A stretch of DNA of 64,000 bases from Alloascoidea hylecoeti (taxonomy: Eukaryota), in the NCBI GenBank assembly GCA_001600815.1, contig BCKZ01000003.1, positions 124,001-188,000 on the forward strand. Direction: 5' to 3'. A program made the position numbers and the translations under genes. Positions 11,329 through 23,400 of the stretch are shown here, piece after piece (positions within the stretch are counted from its first letter, which is position 1; each line of letters opens with the position of its first letter). The notes beneath the pieces were generated by a model, which saw nothing but the letters and a program-made list of their open reading frames with translations, searched no databases and was not told the origin of the DNA.

Positions 11329-13899
11329 TCATTTATCGTTACTGTTAATACCAACTTCACTTTTTAATTGTTCTTGCTTTATGTTGTCATCATTACTTAA
11401 AAGGATAACTTGTTGTGTGGTTCCATCTTTTTTCTCATCAAGTGCTGGTGATAATGGCTCAGCTGGTGTAATAAGCTCAGTTGAACTGTTAAGATTTTCC
11501 AAAGAACAAGTAGCTGATTCCTGTGATAAGGAAACGATATTTATATTAGGAGCCGATTCATTTGTAGGATCATTAGAGTCATTTTCAATTACTTCTTGAA
11601 TTGAAGATTGACGATCGATATCAGGAGATTTTGATCTTTCAGTACCATTTGTAGATGATTGGGCTGATATTCCATCAGGAAAAGGAATAATCATATCGTT
11701 ATTATCTGCTGTTGGAGAAGTGGATGAATTAGTGTTAGTATAATATTGTGTTTGGTTGAGTCTAATAGAAGATGCCATAGAACTAATTGAACTATCAACT
11801 TTTAATATAGATGGATCAGGTAATGAATCAATACGTTGATGTGACATTTTAGTATGTTTGAAAGGAGATAGATTATCATTTTTCATATTCGTATCAGATT
11901 GTATTGTAGTTGTTAATGATTTATCTCTTTGATCAAAAGTCGTTTCAGAATTAGCAGAAGGAAGACTCGGTGATTGTATTGGTTTATAAGTAGGAGGATA
12001 TGAATCAATTTCATCTTCTGGTTCTTCTACCAACATTAAAGAATTAAAAATTGTAGTTAAATTTCCATCACCTTTATAACCATTTTGCAATTTTCCAACT
12101 AACACATTTTTAATTTCTTCATACCATTCAAACATATTCCAACCTTCAAAATAATAATTACTTGTACCAAATTTATCAATAATATTAACAACATCATCAA
12201 CTTTTAAATATTCTGTATGAGGTAAACAAGGTAATGCAAAAAGTAAACAACCAGGTTTTGATTTATCAGAGATCATTTTTGATGGTCTACCATATAAATG
12301 AAAAGCATCCCAAATAGGTAATAAACATCTGATTAAAGTTTCATAACCTTTAACACATTGATGTTCTTCAGGCATCATTTCTAAAGATTGTATATTTGAA
12401 TTTTTTCCAGTTTTTTGATTATACAAAGTTATATCACCATCAATTTTCATTAATTTTGAATTGTCTATTAAATCTGAATTTTGAGGATATAATGCATAAC
12501 AAGAATAAATATAATTAACATCAGCAATTAAATTTTTTTTATTTAATTTTTTTGATGAATAAAATAATAATTTTCCAAATTTTGGTAGTTTCTTTTTAGA
12601 TGATATTGAAGATTTTCTTCGAAGTTTTGACATTTTACTTGTTATACGATCACCAGGTTGAATTATTACATAACATGTTAACCATTGAGTACCACCTAAA
12701 CCAAATCTAACATTTACCCATTCACCAATTTGAAATCTATTTTCTGCTAATAAAGTTTTAATATCTAAAACTTTTGAGCCTTTTTCTGATAGTAAAGCAC
12801 CAGTATAAGCTTCATTTAAAGACATATATTCAAAAGATGCTAATCTTAAAGCAGCATGCCATTTTTTATAGGTATCAGTTGTCATAAATTGCATATAATA
12901 TCTATTTTCTAAAGTTGTTGAAAATGATAAAACTCTTTCTAATTCATATTGATCAGTTGTCTCTAGAGAAGAATAAGGAGTTATAGATATATCCGAAATG
13001 TTTAAATATATTGGTTTTGAATCTTTTTTCTCTAAGTTCCATATTGATAATTCAGTACCAGATAATTTACCAAAAACTTCAATCCATGAACGATCACCGG
13101 GTTTCCCATTACCGACTAAATCCTCTAATAGTAAGAAATTCCCCTCTTGATAAATTCTGGATTGTTGAGCAGAAAATAAAGTTAAAACAGGAACAAGGGA
13201 ATCCGGGGTACCAGAAGGAACATCCCAGACTGGGTTTAAGCTTTGGTCATGGTTTTTTGTGGAGGATGGCATATAAATTGAATTTCTACATCTTTCTGAG
13301 TTCGATCTGGGTCGCAGCGCGCTCGTCGGTAAAGACATATCCCTTCTCGATGCATGCCTAGAATGAGTGGGACGAACGCCGGTATAAGGCGTTATGGTTG
13401 CGCCATTAGAATGGGACTGTTGGTGAGCAGAAGAAGTGCTTGAGGCCCGAAACACATCTGCCTCTTCTAAATTTGAAGAATGGTCAGACGAGAGGTTCAA
13501 GTTTGACTGCTGGGAAAGATTTGCAGTAACCGAAAATGAACGAGCTCTAAGAGAGGGGGCGGGAACTATCGGAGTTGGTTTATACTCATAAGCAGCACCA
13601 GTATTTGAGACGGTGTTTGATTTCCCCCGGACTTTTCTTCCTATGGTTCCTGTCCGTTTGGTGGGTAGATGACTGATCGAATATTTTTCCTGAGATTTCC
13701 CGGGCGAGACCCTGTCTGAAGCAGTTCTTGAGCCAGCTCTGCCTCGCGAGTATATGGAGGAGGACAGTGAAGCTGAACGAGTGCGGCTTGCGTTTGTAGG
13801 CACATTTAGAGTATTAGCATTCGGGGTAGGGGCTTCAGACGCATCAATTGGAGAAGTCGACCTCTCTTTATGCCTCGAAAGAGAAAAGACTCTTTTCAT
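11329..13899 (-). CDS. Skg3/Caf120-family PH-domain protein, 856 aa
   Basis: Intact ORF. Central region LVPVLTLFSAQQSRIYQEG...RSWIEVFGKLSGTELSIW...WHAALRLASFEYMSLNEAYTGALLS...WVNVRFG...WDAFHLYGRP matches the Skg3/Caf120 PH-like region; termini are Ser-rich and disordered. Confidence 0.85.
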   Translation of the reverse strand: MKRVFSLSRHKERSTSPIDASEAPTPNANTLNVPTNASRTRSASLSSSIYSRGRAGSRTASDRVSPGKSQEKYSISHLPTKRTGTIGRKVRGKSNTVSNTGAAYEYKPTPIVPAPSLRARSFSVTANLSQQSNLNLSSDHSSNLEEADVFRASSTSSAHQQSHSNGATITPYTGVRPTHSRHASRRDMSLPTSALRPRSNSERCRNSIYMPSSTKNHDQSLNPVWDVPSGTPDSLVPVLTLFSAQQSRIYQEGNFLLLEDLVGNGKPGDRSWIEVFGKLSGTELSIWNLEKKDSKPIYLNISDISITPYSSLETTDQYELERVLSFSTTLENRYYMQFMTTDTYKKWHAALRLASFEYMSLNEAYTGALLSEKGSKVLDIKTLLAENRFQIGEWVNVRFGLGGTQWLTCYVIIQPGDRITSKMSKLRRKSSISSKKKLPKFGKLLFYSSKKLNKKNLIADVNYIYSCYALYPQNSDLIDNSKLMKIDGDITLYNQKTGKNSNIQSLEMMPEEHQCVKGYETLIRCLLPIWDAFHLYGRPSKMISDKSKPGCLLFALPCLPHTEYLKVDDVVNIIDKFGTSNYYFEGWNMFEWYEEIKNVLVGKLQNGYKGDGNLTTIFNSLMLVEEPEDEIDSYPPTYKPIQSPSLPSANSETTFDQRDKSLTTTIQSDTNMKNDNLSPFKHTKMSHQRIDSLPDPSILKVDSSISSMASSIRLNQTQYYTNTNSSTSPTADNNDMIIPFPDGISAQSSTNGTERSKSPDIDRQSSIQEVIENDSNDPTNESAPNINIVSLSQESATCSLENLNSSTELITPAEPLSPALDEKKDGTTQQVILLSNDDNIKQEQLKSEVGINSNDK

Positions 13900-14248
13900 T
13901 TCGGAATATGGAGTAGGGAAGAAAAGAAAAGAGAAAACCGAGAATATATAAGCTATAAATTATGAATTAAATACTAATGTGATGGTAACGTTGCCAATTG
14001 CAACCAGCCTCGATCTCAAAACTTTTGAAGCCTCAGCTATTATATTATGTAATTTACAATTAGCAGTGCAAGCATATTAGCTCCAGCAGCTCATCCAAAA
14101 AGTCATAATTCATAACTACCTACCGATTGTCTTTTTCTGCACAGAAGGATCTTCAAATAATTCAACTCGGCTGCTTCCCCAGCAAGCTGTTTTCAAGTGT
14201 TCGTTACACAACCGCGATTGCAATCGTGTGACATTTCACCCCCAGTAA

Positions 14249-14280
14249 TGGTATTATTGTGGTATTATTATGGTATTATA
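14249..14280. repeat. ~3 copies of the 11-bp unit TGGTATTATT(G/A)
   Basis: tggtattattg tggtattatta tggtattata read directly. Confidence 0.7.
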
Positions 14281-15329
14281 ATTTGCAAGTCTTTGTCTCT
14301 GCTCCCAAATAGACTCCAGATTACTGCTAAACTTAGAACCACAAAGAAAACTCCATCGTAATTGATCACTTCTAAAACACTTTTAATCATGCTGTCTAAC
14401 AAGTGAAACCATTTTAAGTCATTTCAAATCAATTTGCCAATACATCTTTGATTGCGCTTTAGGAAATTATAATATATCAGACTTACAATGGCTTTCATGC
14501 TCCTGTTCCATTATGGATGTATCGGGCATCGTAAAGACGTGCTTACCCATATAATATTGGTATATAACACATAAAAATTATTTGTTGCTCACTCTGTATT
14601 TTTGGCAAGGTAGCTTGAGAATCTATTTATTTGAATTTCTAATATAGATATGCCCTACATCGATTCTCCCAGCTGTTGTTTCTATTTCAAAGGAAAATGA
14701 AGGGTTATGTAATCTAACTGTTATACATATGATTCAAGTTTATAACATGTATAAATATTATTGGTGAAGAGAATGGGCTAGTAGAAATGATTTGAGTCTT
14801 TACGAGTTGTAGGGGATGGCTAAGCATCGAATCCAAAACAACCAAAGGAAAGAAGAAAAAGTGAAAGAAAGGAGTCGCCCCTTAAGATAAACAATCTACA
14901 AATGTTTAAAAACGCACACTCTCAGACGACCTGATATGGCTGTACCAATTGATATTTACCTTAATGGGTACTAAAATCATCAATTTTATCAATTTTTATA
15001 TACTGTTTGTTCAAATATTCCATCGCTTTATCAACGGTGATTTTAATCGTATTCATACTAAATCATCGTATTGGAGGGCCATCAATTTCAATAAATTCAT
15101 CGAAACTTTGTACCTTACAGTTTAGTTTGAGTTTTAAATCTACACATACTTCTAATAAATTTATTTTTATATTATGTATATTTACAAAGTCCGATTCCAA
15201 GGGCGTAAACAGCTATTGTGAATAGAACAGTACGGTAATATTTGGCTTTGTGGAGGTTGCAGATTTGGAAACTTATACTTTTTTCATACTTTTTATAAAT
15301 TTGAGGATGTGTGCTTCTCTTCAAGTCTA

Positions 15330-15388
15330 GGCACCAAGCCTGGGCACCAAGCCTGGGCACCAAGCCTGGGCACCAAGCCTGGGCACCA
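15330..15388. repeat. GC-rich minisatellite, 13-bp unit GGCACCAAGCCTG x4.5
   Basis: Four identical units plus GGCACCA, preceded by a degenerate partial unit (CAAGTCTA, 15322-15329). Confidence 0.95.
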
Positions 15389-15803
15389 CTTCTTATAGCA
15401 TTCTCTGAACCTCCATATATATAAGAATTAATATTGTCCTTTGAAGTTCAATTTTATGGAAACGGCATCTGTAGCATGGGTTGATTATCCTTCATAATAA
15501 GCGCTATATAAATCTTTATAATACATTTGAAGCATCCTTTATTAATCAATACTGGTTATTCGGCACAATGATGCTAATAATGTGATAAAAAATCGACGAT
15601 GATTGCGCAGTCACTATAATTGTTTAGCGCAAACACTAACTTTAGAGTTATACTTTTATGGGCTGTGGTTGTGCTCTCCCTTTTTTCACCCTTCTAATCA
15701 TAACTATACCATCTACAATATCAAATTATATATTATCTGGATCCTGGCATATTCAAATAATCGATTAAACACAATTACAATTAAAATCAAATTCAAATAA
15801 ATA

Positions 15804-16151
15804 ATGAGTGACAATAAACACCAGAACCCCCCTCCGGCATTCGGTGAAGCCAATTCTTACTATCAAGGACCTCCACCACCACCAGCAGAAACCAATGATA
15901 GGGGCTTTAATCCTCAAAGCTATGGCGGTGGTCAACAAAGTTATCCTCAGCAAGGTTATCCTCAACAGGGCTATCCACAACAAGGCTATCCTCCTCAGCA
16001 GGGTTATTATCCTCCTCAACAGGGTTATTATCAACAACAACAACCGGTTTACGTTCAACAACAATCTGCCGGCGGGAGTTCGTCTGGTTCTTGTTTAGCT
16101 GCTTGCTGTGCTGCTTTGTGTGTTTGTTGTACATTGGATGCTCTCTGTTAA
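15804..16151 (+). CDS. CYSTM-module tail-anchored membrane protein (Q/P/Y-rich), 115 aa
   Basis: QQGYP/PPQQGYY repeats, PVYVQQ, and C-terminal [19 protein letters not shown] typical of CYSTM proteins. Confidence 0.9.
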   Translation: MSDNKHQNPPPAFGEANSYYQGPPPPPAETNDRGFNPQSYGGGQQSYPQQGYPQQGYPQQGYPPQQGYYPPQQGYYQQQQPVYVQQQSAGGSSSGSCLAACCAALCVCCTLDALC

Positions 16152-16581
16152 ATGGAAAGATAAATTTTCATTACTGTTATAATATATTTAAAATTTGTAT
16201 ATATATATATATATATTTTTTTTTTCTTCTTCGAATTCATGGCCATGGAACTATTTTTCTGATGGTTTCAAATATAATACAGTATATTATAATTAAAACG
16301 TAGATAATAACGTCAAATTATTTACCTAATAATTATAATTATAATTATAATTATGTTATAGTTAAAATCTTCTTTTCTTAATTACAAAATCTTTCAACCC
16401 ATATAATTAGTAATTACATGTATTCAGTTCCATAATATTAACTAAAAGATTAACCATCGCAGGTATAATACCTTACATATAGTCGGCAAGCTATACCGAT
16501 CATAATTCATACTCACAAACACAAACGTTATTTATTTGACATATACATATATTTATATCACAGTAATATTCTAGTTACAAT

Positions 16582-17820
16582 TTAAAAAGATTCACCTTTA
16601 GATATTTTAGCCTCACCATATTTCTTAATTCTAATTGCTTGAACAGCAATGAATCCAGAAGCATCTTGTGGTTCAAAACCTGTAAGTTCATCCATAGATG
16701 ATTCAGTAGAATCATAAAGTTTTTCAGTTTCTGATGATCTACCCAATATGATTGTACTACCTTTGTATAGTCTAACTCTAACTTGACCATTGACTGAAAT
16801 TTGTGATGGTGCAATCATAGATCGAACATATTCTGATTCGGGGGTATAATACATACCATTATATAAAATCTTTGAATATGTTGGTGTAACAAATTGATCT
16901 CTAATGGCACGAACTTCTCTATCTAAAACAAGACCTTCTAAATCAATATGAGCTGTTCTCAATATTGTTAAACCAGGAGTTTCATAACACCCTCTAGATT
17001 TGATACCAATGAAACGATTTTCAACAATATCAATTCTACCAACACCATTTTCTCTAGCTAATTTATTGGCTGTAAGGAATAACTCAACTGAATCAGTGAC
17101 AACCTTATTATCATAGGCTAATTTAACTGGTATACCTTTTTCAAAAGTGACAGTGAAATCTTGTCCCTTTTCTGGAGCATCAGTTGGATCAACGGTCAAT
17201 TTCCACATATCCTTTGGTGGAGTTGTATCTGGGTCTTCCAAAATACCAGCTTCGAATGAAATATGGGCCAAGTTTTCATCTGTAGACCATGGTTTTGCCT
17301 TGGTTTGTGTAACTGGAATACCTTTTTGAGATGCATATTCCAATAAATCTTTTCTTCCAGCAAATCTGTTGAAAAAAGTAGGATCTCTCCATGGTGCAAT
17401 GACTTTAACATCAGGTTTCAAAGCATAGAAAGAAAGCTCAAAACGAACTTGATCATTTCCCTTACCAGTACAACCGTGAGAAACGGCAAAACATCCTTCT
17501 TCTTCTGCGACTTTAATTTGGGCTTTAGCAATGACTGGTCTAGCCAATGAGGTACCTAATAAGTAGACATTTTCATAGATTGCATTGACTTGAATGGCGG
17601 GGTATAATACTTCGTCAATGAATTCTTTTCGTACATCGACGACAATATACTTGGAAGCGCCAACCTTTAAAGCTTTTTCTCTAGCAGCTTCAAAGTCTTC
17701 TTCTTGACCAATATTTGCCATAAATGCGATAACCTCGTAACCTTGTTCAAGTAACCAGGCTAAAATAACTGAGGTATCAAGACCACCTGAGTAAGCAAGA
17801 CAAACTTTTCCTTTAGACAT
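16582..17820 (-). CDS. ARG1: Argininosuccinate synthase, 412 aa
   Basis: MSKGKVCLAYSGGLDTS, HGCTGKGNDQVRFE and SRGCYETPG signatures. Confidence 0.99.
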   Translation of the reverse strand: MSKGKVCLAYSGGLDTSVILAWLLEQGYEVIAFMANIGQEEDFEAAREKALKVGASKYIVVDVRKEFIDEVLYPAIQVNAIYENVYLLGTSLARPVIAKAQIKVAEEEGCFAVSHGCTGKGNDQVRFELSFYALKPDVKVIAPWRDPTFFNRFAGRKDLLEYASQKGIPVTQTKAKPWSTDENLAHISFEAGILEDPDTTPPKDMWKLTVDPTDAPEKGQDFTVTFEKGIPVKLAYDNKVVTDSVELFLTANKLARENGVGRIDIVENRFIGIKSRGCYETPGLTILRTAHIDLEGLVLDREVRAIRDQFVTPTYSKILYNGMYYTPESEYVRSMIAPSQISVNGQVRVRLYKGSTIILGRSSETEKLYDSTESSMDELTGFEPQDASGFIAVQAIRIKKYGEAKISKGESF

Positions 17821-17920
17821 TGTGAATCAATTGAACGTTGAAGATGGTAAAAATTGATGTTGTGAAATAAGAATGGAAAAGGAAAAGATGATTTTCAACG
17901 ATTTTATGTGAAAAATGTGG

Positions 17921-17927
17921 TGAGTCA
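17921..17927. promoter_or_regulatory. Gcn4/AP-1 site TGA(C/G)TCA ~100 bp upstream of ARG1
   Basis: Perfect TGAGTCA; ARG1 is a canonical Gcn4 target in yeasts. Confidence 0.7.
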
Positions 17928-19020
17928 CACATGTGCATGAAATGAAAATCAACGTCAAAAATATATATATATATAACCTTGAAGTACAGTTGATACCGAT
18001 ATCTTTTACGATAAAATATTCAGTATCTCAAGTACAGGTGTCAACGAACTAAAAGATACCTAACTACAATCTTTAGCGAAGACTAAATATCAGCGCATCA
18101 TAATGAGAAATATATATAATTTTTTTTCTTTTACTATAGCCAGTTGATAATTAGTTATAAATAAAACGTATTGAATCACGAAAAAGAATATAAATATATT
18201 TTATTATCTTAAATATTTTTATACCTGATTTAAAGCACTCTAGATTTTAAATAAATTTGAATTAAGGCTTGAAGCGTTATAACATAAAATTACTAAGTTG
18301 GTGGAAGACCAGATAATTTAATTGTTAGCTGTAACTAGTAATATTTAGTTCCTTAAAGTAATATAATTCGCAATATAAATAGAAAAGTTTTACTATCATA
18401 AAATAGTAGTATGCATGAGCAATAGCAATATCAGAGCTAATATGTAATATGTAAATATAATTCTCTGTTAACATTATACCCAAGTGAGAATAATCTTGAA
18501 ATTAAACTTATTAAAAGAAAAACCTTATAAATTTTTGTGAGGGTGAAACAAATTATCTTAAAAAAAGTTCATGGATTATTGAGGACAAATCCCAATGTGG
18601 GCACTGAGTGTTATGTATTACTATGTAATCAATTAAAACATAACTATAAAATAAACAATGGAGCAAATTTCAAGCTCATTTCAATGCACACGGTTATTAC
18701 GATTAAAATGAAACACAGCCTTAAAAGTTTAATCATAAGGGAACTATATTTATAATTTTATAGGGACAAGAGTTAATAAAGCAGAGTCTATTTTACCAAA
18801 ATGTATAAATGAAGGGCAAGATAATTACAATAGTTCAAGTCAGATTTATCTTAAGCTACATCATCTTCAAAAAAAAGGCACTATATATTCCAATTGTAAG
18901 AGGATAAAATACAAATAAATTTAGCAATAAAAATAGTTCTGACGTACAAAAAATAGTAACATCCATTCTAATAATAACCAGTATCTTTTTATTTTTTTTT
19001 ATCATAATTATATACCCTTC

Positions 19021-20223
19021 TTAAGTGTTATACTCTTCCCAACCTTTAGCTTTAGGAACATTTGCAAGATTATGAAACTTAGTTGTGCAACTGTATCTTC
19101 TCCATGTAAAATCTTCAGAAGGTTTGCAAACACAATTCTTAGCTAATCTAACTTCTTTTTCGATTGGACAGTTATGGAAAGGAACGTGATAGTAGCCAAC
19201 ATCACCAAAGAAATGAATCTTATCTTTAGGTAAAAACAATGCAGCGGCGATTGAATGAACGGGTGCATCACCCCATCTTTCATAAAAGAAACCTCCTTTA
19301 TGATCAAGGAAATCAAAATATTTGGTGTATGCTTCACCCCTCCAGAAGTCCAAATCGGCAATTTCAAAGTTAGACCAGAAATGACAGCCATTATAAGAAG
19401 CACCGCCATCATCAGAGACCCAGTCCATTAAGTTATCAGCAGGTAGATAGTCTGGATGTTCAGCTATAAATTCCTTTGTAACATCCCAAAGAGTTGGAAT
19501 AGTTTCTCTATATTCAGGAAGAGTGATGGTGAAACCATAAGTCTTGTCACTTTCTCTCATAAACTTAAACAAGTCTTCGTCGATATCACAGTAAATTTTG
19601 ATATCAGGTTCAACTCTCCAGTAATAACGGTAATTAAGCATGATGGGATGACGCCAGAAAAAGCCAGATTCGTATCTACACATGTGACGGTATGAAATTG
19701 AATCACCATAAATAATGTTTGCCTCTTTCATTCTTTGTCTTGTCTCTGCAGCTTTGTCTTTATCAATCCATTCAGGGAAAGACCAATGCTCTTTAGGGAT
19801 GAGACCATATTGTGTCTTACCACTAACCAAGTTGGAAGTAACTTCCTTGAACTCATCAGAAAATTCTTCATCATTTAAAAACACCCAGTCGTAATGAAAC
19901 CTTTTGTTAAATCTATCTTCTACAATTCTAATAGAATCGCAGATGGAGAAGAGGTCTTGGTTTCGTGCCAAGGTAACAAAAGTGGCGTTTTCACGAACAT
20001 AAGACACACCCGGTGTATCAGTTAACTTAGCTTTAATATCTGCTGGAAGCTTTTCGGAGGAAGCGGCGTCAATTGGAGCGGCGACAGGAGAACCGTCCTT
20101 TGTGACTTTATTAATAATGGCAGTAGATGGGATAGAAGAAGATTGCGAAAAAAGGTAGCCAAAAAATAGCAACGCACCCGCAAAGGCCAGGATCCTAGTT
20201 ATACGCTGGTTGGAGCGCGACAT
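19021..20223 (-). CDS. KRE2/MNT1-family (GT15) alpha-1,2-mannosyltransferase, ~400 aa; paralog not resolved
   Basis: Type II signal-anchor after ATG 20223 (MSRSNQRITRILAFAGALLFFGYLF), RENATFVTLARN, SYRHMCRYESGFF, YYWRVEP, CHFWSNFEI and YERWGDAPVHSIA. The ORF-track extension to 20331 starts at a non-ATG codon. Confidence 0.93.
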   Translation of the reverse strand: MSRSNQRITRILAFAGALLFFGYLFSQSSSIPSTAIINKVTKDGSPVAAPIDAASSEKLPADIKAKLTDTPGVSYVRENATFVTLARNQDLFSICDSIRIVEDRFNKRFHYDWVFLNDEEFSDEFKEVTSNLVSGKTQYGLIPKEHWSFPEWIDKDKAAETRQRMKEANIIYGDSISYRHMCRYESGFFWRHPIMLNYRYYWRVEPDIKIYCDIDEDLFKFMRESDKTYGFTITLPEYRETIPTLWDVTKEFIAEHPDYLPADNLMDWVSDDGGASYNGCHFWSNFEIADLDFWRGEAYTKYFDFLDHKGGFFYERWGDAPVHSIAAALFLPKDKIHFFGDVGYYHVPFHNCPIEKEVRLAKNCVCKPSEDFTWRRYSCTTKFHNLANVPKAKGWEEYNT

Positions 20224-20450
20224 CTCTGAAAGGAAAAAAACAAAGGGAAAAGAGTGAAGAGCCGGGATGAAAAGAAAGAAGAAGAAAAAGAGAAAAGGCC
20301 AAGTGGACGATGTCTTTTTATTTTTAGACAATTTCGGACTGGGCCAGCAGGCAGGCGGAAGGATGTTACCCGTTTGTGGAAATAACTGTCACGGGATCTG
20401 TCTTTGCTACTCCTTTCTGTAAATATTTATGTAGGCAAAAGGAAAATTAA

Positions 20451-23400
20451 ATGGCCGGGCAGACGACTCTAAGCCACTTTTTTAAGGTACGTCCCAGGGT
20501 CAGTCCCAAGCCTGCTGTAGGGGACTCCACGGGTGATAATACTGCAAATTCCACCAAAACTGCCCCAGAAAGTAGTTCTCGAATAGATGCCGTCCCCAAT
20601 TCCAAAGCGGTGAAACACAATTCTTCAACTATTGGCTCTTTCAAATTTTCCACCACACCCAATAGTCCCGAATCCCCACCTCCTTCCGCTAATTCAGATG
20701 TTCATGCAAAGTTTGTTCAAAAGCTGAAAGGTCATTCACGTAGCTTATTATTAAAAAGGAAACGGAATAACAGTACCGATCTCAATGTTTCAGATGATGA
20801 AGAACCCCTTCATGACAATGAAGAAAAGTTTACCAAGAAACAAAGGACAGCACGAAAGCAACAGTCCAAAAAGCTTACCCCACTAGAAGAGCAGGTCGTA
20901 GATCTCAAACGGGAGTATTCAGATACAATTCTTGCTATACAGGTTGGGTACAAGTACAAATTCTTCGGATCTGATGCCATTATCGCTTCAAAGGCGCTGA
21001 ATATTATGCTTATACCAGGGAAATTACATGTTGTACCTGACCAGCCATTACGAATCGATGAACAACATTTTACAGAAACTGTCAAACAACTTCTGGCTGA
21101 TGGGGATAAACAATATGACAAATTTGCATACTGTAGTGTTCCTGATGTTAAGATTCATGTGCATATTAAGAGACTACTTAATGAAGGTTATAAGGTTGGA
21201 ATTGTAAAACAAACTGAAGTTGCAGCAATTAAAGCACAAGGTTCAAATAAAAGCAAATTATTTGATAGAAAAGTAACTGAAGTTTTCACAAAAGCGACTT
21301 TTATTGATAGCTTTGAGAATGATACTTCTACTTCTACTTCTACAGATTTTCAAGATAGTCCTTTCATCATTAGTATATATGAGTCCTCACGGAATAATAA
21401 TAATGGAGATGAGAATTCTAGGAAAATCAGTTTCATGGGTATTCAATTGAGTACCGGTGTTATTTTGTATGATGAGTTCACAGATGATTATATGAGAAGC
21501 GAGCTGGAAACAAGATTACTTCATATTGAACCAACTGAGTACCTACTCCTTGGAGACTTATCAAAACCGACAAGAAGAATTGTTAAAAATGTCACCTCTG
21601 TGACAACATCTGGAAAAGGCTTTAGAACGATTAATATGAAGGTGGATGAAGCTGGAATTGCACTCAAATTATCTGATTTTTACAGTGAAAACGCTAAAAA
21701 TACAATCTCAGCTCAGAATTCAACACAGGAAGAAAAAGATAAATCTACTGCTCTTCTTGACTTTGTATTAGAACTACCACAATCCATTCAAATTTGTCTT
21801 GGTTCAATGATTGATTATCTTATAGGTTTTAATATGCAAACTGTTTTTGAAAAAATTTCAAATTTCCAGGCTTTTCAACATAAATCTGATTATTTTATTT
21901 TAAATGGTGATACTTTAACAAGTTTAGAGATATTTTATAATCAAACCGATTTCACAGAAAAAGGTACTTTGTTTAGTGTTCTTGATCATACACATACAGC
22001 ATTTGGTCAACGACAATTAAAAAAATGGATTGGAAGACCTTTAATTTCTGTACGTGAGATTGAAAAAAGAAATGAAGCAATAACAGAAATTAAGATAAAT
22101 GTAAAAGATACAGTATGTGAACGTCTTTTCAAACAAATGAATCAATTACCTGATCTAGAAAAAATATTAGTAAGATTACATTATGGTAAAATATCAAGGA
22201 GACAGGTTTATTATTTTCTTAACGGGTTAAAAGAAAGTAGTACTATTGTTAGATATGCAATGGATGATATTAAGAGAACTTTTAAATCAAATATGATATC
22301 ACTGATATTTCAAAATATATCTAATTCTTATGATCTAGTTGATAAACTACTTGATCATATAAATGTTTCAGCAGCTAAGAGTGAAAATAAAATTGATTAT
22401 TTTAGACATCCTGAAAAGTTTGAACAGATCCAAACACAGCAACAAGTAAGAATCCCTTTCATCACATTTGACTCTTCCATATGTCACTAACAAACTGTTT
22501 TTGTTTTTTACCTTCTTAATATAGGCCCTTAAAGAGATTGATGATGAACTAGAAATTGAACTAAAAAATATACAGAAAATATTGCGTAGGCCACATCTTA
22601 CCTATGAAACTTCTAGTAGAGAAACTCATTTAATTTCAGTGAAAAACAATTTAGTTAAAAATTTTGTACCTGATAATTGGGTAAAAATAAATGGTAACAA
22701 AGTTGTTTCAAGGTTTAGATCACCAGAAGTTACCAGATTACTCCAATTGATGGAGTTTCATAAAGAGCATTTGTTACTAGCTTGTGATGTTGAATTTAAA
22801 AAGTTTGTAGAGAAGATTGATAATGAATATTATCTTGAGATTCGAAATATGATTCAGGCACTAGCAACATTTGATTGTTTAGCATCTTTAGCAGTTATTT
22901 CTTCAATTTCTGGTTATGTGAAACCAAAGTTCATAACAAACTCAGATAATCATAAATCTGGTTCGGTGATAAACGTGAAGCAAGGACGAAATTGTATTAT
23001 TGAACAGTTAACAAATACAGTATATGTTCCCAATGATATTCACATGTCGGAAGAAAACAATCAAGCATTGATCATCACAGGCCCTAACATGGGTGGGAAA
23101 AGCTCATATGTGAGACAGATAGCCTTAATTGTGATCATGGCACAAATTGGATGTTTTGTTCCTGCCGAGACTGCCGAATTAAGCATTTTTGATGGGATAT
23201 TCACAAGGTAAGAGTGATTATTTTTGGTTTTTTTTGGTAATGTTTTGCTGATACTAATATATTCATATTTATAGAATGGGTGCTCAAGATAATTTAATGA
23301 AGGGAGAGTCTACTTTTATGGTTGAAATGCTTCAATGCCAGCAAATTATAAAGCGTTCACAGTATACACAAAATCCATTAATAATTTTGGATGAAATTGG

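Noticed and set aside
14215..14226. 12-bp palindrome CGATTGCAATCG upstream of the SKG3/CAF120-like gene
   Set aside because: An isolated 12-bp dyad is expected by chance in 64 kb.
15172..15363. 63-aa ORF running out of the 13-bp minisatellite
   Set aside because: Non-ATG start inside the repeat and no protein features.
16197..16356. (AT)n and (TAATTA)n microsatellites between the CYSTM gene and ARG1
   Set aside because: Ordinary simple repeats in a convergent terminator region.
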